From Cyanobacteria bacterium P01_A01_bin.123 (lineage in GTDB: Bacteria > Cyanobacteriota > Cyanobacteriia > Phormidesmidales > Phormidesmidaceae), in contig JBCBZT010000031.1 in NCBI GenBank assembly GCA_039815185.1, positions 34,094 to 98,093 on the forward strand: DNA of 64,000 bases. Direction: 5' to 3'. The notes under the pieces were generated by a model. The model was not told the DNA's origin and made no database searches. It saw only the letters and a program-made list of their open reading frames with translations. Positions 57,288-64,000 of this stretch are shown here, one piece after another. The position numbers and the translations under genes were made by a program. The first letter of the stretch is position 1; each line of letters starts with the position of its first letter.

Positions 57288-58451
57288 CTAAAATCTCAAA
57301 ATTTCTACATCGTATTGATCTGGAGTGGGCACCATTCCCCAAACGAGGCCTTCCCCTGAGGCTAGGACAACCTCAATAGAGAGTTGCTCAACGGGTTGCT
57401 CTGCCACCTCTTCATTTCCCTCAAAGGGTTGTAAGTCCTCAGTTAATAGATATAACTGGAGCCCAGCAGGCAAAGGTCTACCGGGCACTAGGCAACGTAG
57501 TTCAAATCGCCAGCTGTTGGTGGCAGCATCTATCGGGAGAATGCGCAGCTCATAGGGGACTTGCTCAACGGATAGCTGTCTTGAGAAGCCCGCGGTGGGA
57601 GCATCTGTAGTTCCGCCCCGACCCACGGCTGGAGCGGCCTGCCAGTCTATCTGCTGCCAGCCGAATTGAGACGCTAGTTGACGAATGCCGACGACCAACC
57701 AGTCTGACACTTGTCGTTGTGCCGTTAAGCCCCAACGCTGTTCAGCCAGCTGCTGTCGCCATCCCCCATGGGCAATTAAAGCGGCCCACTGTGTAAATGG
57801 AATGCTAAGGCGGGGCTGTTGCAGGTCAGTATCGCCGAGTCGCTGCATCAGCTGATGAGCCTGGGGCGTCGTGAGATGGGCTAAGGGTGGGCACTCAGCT
57901 TGGGTAACGATAGGTGCCTGCGCTTGTCGCGCTGTCCAAAGTACGGAAAGGTCGGCAATTAAATCGAGTTCTGATAGGGCATAGGTGCGATCGCGCCAGT
58001 CATAATCCCCCGCCTGCTTAAGCTGCTGGTGGGTGGCAAAGCCAAATACTTGCACCCAGCCGGCATCGGGCTCTACCTGCACACCCCAGTAGTAATCGCC
58101 GCGCCAGGTTGAGATATCAATCCACTCCTGGGGCACCCGGAGTTCATCATTGTCGATAGCTTCTGTCGGTATCAGCACCAGCCGCTGTGACCCCAGCGCG
58201 ATCGCGCTGCCATTGACGAGCTCCCAAAAACTCGGCAAGGCGGCGCTGGGCACAATAGACTGAGCCATCGGTGCCTGTTCAGTCTGAATCCAGGGCAGTA
58301 GGGTTTGGAGACACAGAGAGTTGAGATACCCCTGCCACTGGCTCTGGGGCGTTGCCAACATCCGACTCTGTGCCCATGCCTGATCCTGTAGATCAGGGGT
58401 GATTTCAAGGGAAAGTTGGGTGGGGTTAAAGCGATCGAGATTAAAAACCAT
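57288..58451 (-). CDS. DUF1822 family protein
   Basis: YLNSLCL, WELVNGSAI, ELRVPQEWIDI..W.GDYY, GFATHQQLK. Confidence 0.88.
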   Translation of the reverse strand: MVFNLDRFNPTQLSLEITPDLQDQAWAQSRMLATPQSQWQGYLNSLCLQTLLPWIQTEQAPMAQSIVPSAALPSFWELVNGSAIALGSQRLVLIPTEAIDNDELRVPQEWIDISTWRGDYYWGVQVEPDAGWVQVFGFATHQQLKQAGDYDWRDRTYALSELDLIADLSVLWTARQAQAPIVTQAECPPLAHLTTPQAHQLMQRLGDTDLQQPRLSIPFTQWAALIAHGGWRQQLAEQRWGLTAQRQVSDWLVVGIRQLASQFGWQQIDWQAAPAVGRGGTTDAPTAGFSRQLSVEQVPYELRILPIDAATNSWRFELRCLVPGRPLPAGLQLYLLTEDLQPFEGNEEVAEQPVEQLSIEVVLASGEGLVWGMVPTPDQYDVEILRF

Positions 58452-58550
58452 GGTGGTAATTTTATCTAAGCACTTGGCGATGGAACAAAAGGCCAGCAGG
58501 GCTATGAGAACGATGATGCAGGTTGCTTAGAGCTGTTCCGGTGCCATTGA

Positions 58551-59762
58551 CTAGGCCGATTCATCGATTGAATCTGGGGCATGACGATGGTAATTAACCA
58601 GCCATTCATCTAGGGCAGTACTGGTATTTTTGATTACGTCCAGGGTTGGCGAAATATGCAGAACATCCTGCCCCCACTGTACGAGTTGCTTCAGCAGTTG
58701 CTCTCGTACCCGAGTCAACCGTCGGGAGACCGTATACTGCTTCATATTTAAGCGTTCAGCGATCGCCTGTTGGGTCAACTCTTCTTGGTAATAGAACTTG
58801 AGCAGCAACTGAGACTCGGTATCTAGTCCCTGCAAGGCTGCTTGCAGCATTGTCTGCATATCTCGGCGCTGGGTTTGACGCTGCTGAATCTCTTCCATCT
58901 GGACGAGTTGGGCAATGCCTTCCTGCTGGTCTTCGTCAGTCAAGGTTTCGCTGTAATTGTTTGAACCACTGGGTGTCGGTGCATCAATCGACAATACTGA
59001 AGGATAGAGATACTGTCGGGCTGCCTGGGCACATTTCAATAGCCAGGTTTCCAGGTCTGCTGCCGATGCGGGTGCTGCGATCGCCGTCAACTGGTGCGGA
59101 CGTTCGGTGTTGTAGCAGGTTGCAATGGCCTGCCAAGTTTCATCATCGGGTTTAGACAAGCGGCGACTGCCATCTTTTAGGTTAGGGCTATAGCGCGTGT
59201 TGAAACAGCGCCAAGCCAAGACATACTGGTCGATAGTTGATGACGCTAAGCCACTCTGCGTCAGCGCCGCCGTTAGGCGTTTTTGGCTGATCTTGCGGAG
59301 CAGTCCCCAGTCTGTGCAGATATCGATTGCCCGCTGCTGTCGCAGGCTCTCTCGCAGTAAATTAGCCAGCATTACCGTGGCATAGCCCTTAAAGCTACTG
59401 CCCTGGTTCGGGTTGAATCCTTTCAAGACGCGATCAAACCGCGCGATCGCCATCTGAAACAAATCGGCTATCCCATACTGCGCCTTGCCAAACCGACGGT
59501 GAGTTTTGAGGGCACCCCAATAGGCAACTTCCTGGACGTAGGCAAGCAGGTGATCTTTAGCGAGCCTACGGGGAGTCTGCTGCCAGACCCGATACCAGTG
59601 CAACGTCCAAAAATCATCCTCAGCTTGGATTCCCCCCACTCTGGTCGCATGGGTTTCCATACTGCGGTGCAGTTGCCCATCAATCAACCAGTCTCGAAAC
59701 TGGTCTGCCTCAAATTGGATAAACGCTGAGAATCTTTCAAACAGGTTCTTGCGAGGACGCAT
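58551..59762 (-). CDS. Cyanobacterial sigma-70-like factor paired with DUF1822
   Basis: HLLAYVQEVAYW region 2-like segment; C-terminal LTQQAIAERLNMKQYTVSRRL region 4 HTH. Confidence 0.82.
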   Translation of the reverse strand: MRPRKNLFERFSAFIQFEADQFRDWLIDGQLHRSMETHATRVGGIQAEDDFWTLHWYRVWQQTPRRLAKDHLLAYVQEVAYWGALKTHRRFGKAQYGIADLFQMAIARFDRVLKGFNPNQGSSFKGYATVMLANLLRESLRQQRAIDICTDWGLLRKISQKRLTAALTQSGLASSTIDQYVLAWRCFNTRYSPNLKDGSRRLSKPDDETWQAIATCYNTERPHQLTAIAAPASAADLETWLLKCAQAARQYLYPSVLSIDAPTPSGSNNYSETLTDEDQQEGIAQLVQMEEIQQRQTQRRDMQTMLQAALQGLDTESQLLLKFYYQEELTQQAIAERLNMKQYTVSRRLTRVREQLLKQLVQWGQDVLHISPTLDVIKNTSTALDEWLVNYHRHAPDSIDESA

Positions 59763-60029
59763 AGCGGAATTTCCTTAGAGCACTTGCATAACCCACAAAG
59801 AACGAACCTAGCCAAGGATGTTACAGGAGAACCGCCCAAAATGGGGGCTAGCAACATGTTCTTCATGTTATCAGCCCCAAAAAATTGGCGTGTTCTCTGG
59901 CTTGTTTTACCCAACCCCATCCGATTTGCAATTTTGAGTAGGCGCATAAAGACCTGGGTTCCTACAAGAGAAAACGATGGATTGGAACGGCGTTCGAGTT
60001 AACCTCGCAACTTTTAGGAGAAAGGCCCC

Positions 60030-60941
60030 ATGAAAATTCCAACTTTGATCCCTAGCACTGACCTCCTGTTACAGACTCAATTAAAGATAGTTGGCAGTTC
60101 TGAAGATCCATTACAAGTTTCATTGACAATTTTTGACGACAGCCTATTGCCCACTCAATCAGCTATTGGGAGTCGTGATGATCGATCGCAGACTCAATCA
60201 GAGGTGGGCTCAAACCCTGATGAGGGTTTGACGAAACCTTTTAGTCTTCAAACGCCCATCTTAACTGAGCCTATACAAGCTTCAAATAGCTTGTTTCAAC
60301 CCATAGCTATTCCCTCAATTCCTCCCCTATATTCTTTCTTTCCAGTTAATACCATTGAAGGAACTGCTGGTGACGATACCCTCTATGGCAATAGCGAATT
60401 TGCCTGGGATCCTGAATTGGGACTGGTGCTGACCTTCAGTAGTGACATTATTGATGGTTTGGAAGGGGATGATAACCTCTTTGGTCAGGGGGGGAATGAC
60501 TCCCTATTTGGTAGAGAAGGAGATGATAATCTCTTTGGCGGTTTTGGCGATGATTTTCTCTCCGGTGGCGTTAATACCTATGGTGAATCAGGTCAGGATA
60601 ACTTGCTTGGTGACGTTGGTGCAGATACCTTTCATTGGGACTACATTGGCTATTTAGACAATGGCACCGCGTCTACTGTGATCAACGCTGGCATAGGTAA
60701 CGATCTTATCGTGTCAGGTTTGGATAGCTATTTCACAATTTGGGATTTTGATCCCACCGAAGGAGACAATCTCAGTGGATTTAGTGTGTTTGATTACGAG
60801 ATTTTACAAACGGCATCCTTGGGATTAGGCGGTAATGCTCTTGATACAGCGCTCGTTGTAGATACGTCTTACTACGACCAGGGTGGTTTTGTAGAGCAAT
60901 ATGATTTGGTGGGTATCATCGTCGATTGGACATTTTTGTAG
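60030..60941 (+). CDS. Hemolysin-type (RTX) calcium-binding protein
   Basis: Repeated GGNDSL/GDDNL/GDDFL nonapeptides, DFDPTEGD. Confidence 0.8.
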   Translation: MKIPTLIPSTDLLLQTQLKIVGSSEDPLQVSLTIFDDSLLPTQSAIGSRDDRSQTQSEVGSNPDEGLTKPFSLQTPILTEPIQASNSLFQPIAIPSIPPLYSFFPVNTIEGTAGDDTLYGNSEFAWDPELGLVLTFSSDIIDGLEGDDNLFGQGGNDSLFGREGDDNLFGGFGDDFLSGGVNTYGESGQDNLLGDVGADTFHWDYIGYLDNGTASTVINAGIGNDLIVSGLDSYFTIWDFDPTEGDNLSGFSVFDYEILQTASLGLGGNALDTALVVDTSYYDQGGFVEQYDLVGIIVDWTFL

Positions 60942-61044
60942 TGAGGAATTAGAGAGTTTTTGCATATTTTCAAAGCTCCCTACCTAAGAAGTACTAAGGG
61001 TGGTTGATAAGCCCTATAAACATTTTTTGGAGGAAGAACCTTCT

Positions 61045-61398
61045 ATGCTTCGTTCAACTTTATCTCAAATCTCGTTCGTTTTAGCCTCAGCAGTTGCCAT
61101 CACGAGTATTCAAGCCATGCCAGGAATCGCACAATCTGTGCCTTCGATTCAACGCTCTGAGCGTATGCAAGTCGTTGAATTGGAAAGTCTTGGTCAATCA
61201 GGTCAACCCTCTCGGGAATCTACGGTTAATACTCCCTTTTTGCCAGCGGGCGGGGGTGTTATCAATGGCAATGGATGCCCTGAAGGCACCCACTTAGTTA
61301 TGTTTGATCAGCCAATCTATGACGAAGAAGGATTATTTGTCGTGGGTTATGAACCTGTACCTTACTGCATTGATGATGATTTAGAGCCTGCGGGTTAG
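61045..61398 (+). CDS. Small secreted hypothetical protein
   Basis: GGAGG before ATG 61045, signal peptide, CPEG...YC Cys pair. Confidence 0.65.
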   Translation: MLRSTLSQISFVLASAVAITSIQAMPGIAQSVPSIQRSERMQVVELESLGQSGQPSRESTVNTPFLPAGGGVINGNGCPEGTHLVMFDQPIYDEEGLFVVGYEPVPYCIDDDLEPAG

Positions 61399-61473
61399 TG
61401 AGTAAAAACGAACATGACTTTTCGTTTCTCATTGACCCCTTAAATTCACATCTTTAGTGTCAAAAAATCACTG

Positions 61474-61500
61474 GCCTTGGCTTTTATAGTCAAGGCTTTT
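61474..61500 (+). terminator. Putative intrinsic terminator
   Basis: GCCTTGGCT-tttat-AGTCAAGGC followed by a T run, between convergent genes. Confidence 0.55.
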
Positions 61501-61558
61501 CTTCAATTCATGTTTAATCAGGATGGGTCACTGAAGTTCCCTCACAGTACCCTCTCAA

Positions 61559-64000
61559 TCAGACTGCTTCGAGTAAGTTGCCAAGCTTACTGATTAACTC
61601 AGGTGTCGAGAACCCCTTGGTTAGGTAGTCTGTCGCGCCTAGGCGCTTAGCTTCGTTAAACCATTCCTCAGATAAACGGGACGAAATAACGAGAATAGGA
61701 ACTGTCATACCCGCTTGTCGACACCGTTCAATTAACGTAAATCCGTCCATATTGGGCATTTCAATATCTGTAATCACAAGCCTGGGACTCAGATTGGCCT
61801 GCAGCCAATTCCAGGCCTCCAAACCATCTGCACAGGTATGTGTTACATATCCATGGGTGGTTAAGCTCGCCTCGATTCGTCGCCGCATCAGCGCTGCATC
61901 ATCGACAATGAGGATAGTTTGAGTCAACGCTTCGAGGGTCTGACGATCCACATCATCTGAATCAGGGGGAGGCGCGATCGCGGCTTCAATCTCTTGAGGC
62001 GTTTCTTGGAAAAGCTTTTCTACGAGTGTGGGGGCATCTAACACCGGGACTAACAATCCATCTGGCTGCAAGCTGACGCCCATCAGCCCATCTGGGGCAA
62101 TCAAAGGCGGTGGGAGTGGACTGATTAGCAGATCGGATTGCTCAATCAAATCATCTGCGAATAACCAAGCGCCCTGCTGCCTCTCCTGAGCCTCAACATA
62201 GATACCTACAGCTGTCTCTGCAAAGGCGTTAGCAGATGACCCAGTCTGCCAATAGTCTAAAAGGTTAAGGGCCGGGGCTATCCCGGTTTCATCCTGAACC
62301 CTCCAGGTGTGGGTCACGTTAGTTGCCTCTTGATGAGTGATCTGTAACGCCTCTACCAGGGCTGTTGTTTTTACTTCTTCAGTGGGTATGGCAAAGACTC
62401 GGCTACCTGAGCGCACCAAAATGCAAGGGATAAAGAGGTAGGGAACTGAAAATTGGATAGAAAAGGTTGTTCCGGCTCCTGGGGTTGTCTCCAGACTGAG
62501 TTGTCCCCCCAACTGGGCGACCTGATTGGTAATCACATCCATCCCGACGCCGCGCCCCGAGAGGTCACTCACCTGAGTCTCTGAACTAAAGCCGGGTTGG
62601 CAAATCACAGCTAATAAGTCATCGGACGATTGAATCTGGGTGAGGGGTAATCCCAACTGTTCGGCCCGGTTTTGAATGGCCTGAGTCGTGATTCCTCTGC
62701 CATTATCGCTGAGAGACAAGAGGAAGATATCTCCCCGACGCTTTAGGGTGAGGGTCAACGTCCCCTTTTCTGATTTGCCTTGAGATATTCGCTGATCTCG
62801 GGATTCCAGCCCATGATCATACGCATTACGGATCAGGTGTAACAGGACAGGCTCTAGACTCCGAGCGGTATTGACATCTAACTCAAGCTGCTCACCCTGA
62901 ATGACGAATTGAGCCGGTTTACCATAGCGCGTGATTAAATCTCGAAGAATTGCTCTCGCTCGGAACCCTAAATTTTGAAACGGAACGAGTCGACTATCTT
63001 CAACCACACCTTGCAATCTGAGAAGATTGCGGCCTAGATCTTGCAGACTTGTTGCCGTTTGCTGGGAAACCTTTTCGGCCTCTGCCCCAACTTCTGACAG
63101 GCGTAAACTGCTCTCTAGCAGGCGATTAATTGCCGTATAACCTTGTCGATAACGTTCTGGGGTTGGCCCTTGCGGCGTATTTCTGAGGTGATCTAACAAA
63201 GCGTAGTCATCTTGGATCTGTCGCAAGCGAGTGATATATTGCTCACCTTCCCGAGCTAGGTTAACCAACTGTGCAATTTGCTTCTGCAAGGTTTGATGAA
63301 AATTCTGAGTTGCCCGAGCTGAGAGTAGGGTGTCAACCAGATATTGGGCAGATTGATCGAGTCTCTCCAGCGGCACTGGGATTTGCACCGGTTTGAGCGT
63401 GTCTTTAGACATCTCTAGCTGGAGAGCAGTCCCATTGCTAGCAGTCCCATTGTTAGGGGTTTTAGGGGGGAGTTCCTCAGTCGGCAGTTCTTCAGAGGCG
63501 TTTAGCTCTTCGAAAAATTCTTTATCCTCAGCCCAACTCACTGGGGTATCTGTTGCCACTTCAGCGAAGTTTAGTTCTTCTGGAAAGGCTTCGACCGGTT
63601 CAAAATCAGGAACAGTCTCCCAACTCATCGGGGTATCTGTTGCCACTTCAGCGAAGTTTAGTTCTTCTGGAAAAGCTTCGGCAGGCTCAAAATCGGGCGC
63701 TACTCGTGAATCGGCCAGAACGTCTTGGGAAACTTCCGTGTCCAAGGCAACGGCATCGGGTTGCAAGACGTTGGGGGGTACACTTTCAGCGAAGTTCAGC
63801 TCTTCTGGAAGGGTAAGGGCATCGGGTTCCAAGAAATCGGGGGGCTCACTTTCAGCGAAGCTCAGCTCTTCTGGAACACGTTTGGCAGCTGCCATCAAAT
63901 CAGGGGGGGCATGATCAGCAACCGTCAATTTAAAGGGAACCGCTTCTCCCCCTCGTTTGGCACAGTCCTTAAATGCTTGGGCTAGAAGTGGCCATTGGGA
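61559..64000 (-). CDS. cheA: CheA-like hybrid histidine kinase (HATPase-CheW-REC), 5'-truncated by window edge
   Basis: LLHLIRNAYDHG, DNGRG, PGFS..SGRGVGMD, CheW domain, receiver ILIVDD...TDIEMPNMDG; frame stays open to base 64000. Confidence 0.92.
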   Translation of the reverse strand, partial: SQWPLLAQAFKDCAKRGGEAVPFKLTVADHAPPDLMAAAKRVPEELSFAESEPPDFLEPDALTLPEELNFAESVPPNVLQPDAVALDTEVSQDVLADSRVAPDFEPAEAFPEELNFAEVATDTPMSWETVPDFEPVEAFPEELNFAEVATDTPVSWAEDKEFFEELNASEELPTEELPPKTPNNGTASNGTALQLEMSKDTLKPVQIPVPLERLDQSAQYLVDTLLSARATQNFHQTLQKQIAQLVNLAREGEQYITRLRQIQDDYALLDHLRNTPQGPTPERYRQGYTAINRLLESSLRLSEVGAEAEKVSQQTATSLQDLGRNLLRLQGVVEDSRLVPFQNLGFRARAILRDLITRYGKPAQFVIQGEQLELDVNTARSLEPVLLHLIRNAYDHGLESRDQRISQGKSEKGTLTLTLKRRGDIFLLSLSDNGRGITTQAIQNRAEQLGLPLTQIQSSDDLLAVICQPGFSSETQVSDLSGRGVGMDVITNQVAQLGGQLSLETTPGAGTTFSIQFSVPYLFIPCILVRSGSRVFAIPTEEVKTTALVEALQITHQEATNVTHTWRVQDETGIAPALNLLDYWQTGSSANAFAETAVGIYVEAQERQQGAWLFADDLIEQSDLLISPLPPPLIAPDGLMGVSLQPDGLLVPVLDAPTLVEKLFQETPQEIEAAIAPPPDSDDVDRQTLEALTQTILIVDDAALMRRRIEASLTTHGYVTHTCADGLEAWNWLQANLSPRLVITDIEMPNMDGFTLIERCRQAGMTVPILVISSRLSEEWFNEAKRLGATDYLTKGFSTPELISKLGNLLEAV
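63536..63880 (-). repeat. Internal coding repeats in the cheA linker
   Basis: 87-bp-period pair (63543/63630) and 66-bp-period pair (63752/63818) encoding PEEL(N/S)FAE four times. Confidence 0.85.

Overview
Cyanobacterial genomic DNA: the HIP1 octamer GCGATCGC is frequent and the gene content (Uma2, DUF1822, CHAT, DevBCA, pentapeptide repeats) fits a filamentous Leptolyngbya-like organism. Bases 1-20.2 kb hold an exopolysaccharide locus with an ABC exporter, two sulfotransferases, a TupA-like ATP-grasp enzyme, an unexpected murB-murA pair, GT2/GT4 enzymes, a Wzy-like protein, an epimerase, a WecA-like transferase, and convergent wza-wzc. Bases 20.5-28.2 kb carry a CPBP protease fusion, Uma2, a MerR-like regulator, VOC, GNAT, a CnfR/PatB-like Fe-S regulator and GFA. 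Bases 28.3-37.6 kb form an AT-rich block with a cytochrome-b5-fused desaturase, a hotdog-fold protein, a group II intron DV/DVI relic, and a DevBCA-type exporter whose ATPase is fused to two GAF domains and whose devB-devC run has a tandem-domain nucleotide cyclase inserted in it. The rest contains a TPR/CHAT operon, class II RNR nrdJ with candidate NrdR boxes, a desaturase, a pentapeptide protein, LysR/SDR, an amine oxidase module next to tetR, sigma70/DUF1822, secreted proteins and a partial cheA. The best candidate novel systems are (1) a cyclic-nucleotide-controlled DevBCA exporter and (2) a MurA/MurB route to lactyl-ether sugars in a sulfated EPS. All calls come from reading motifs by eye; no database searches were run.
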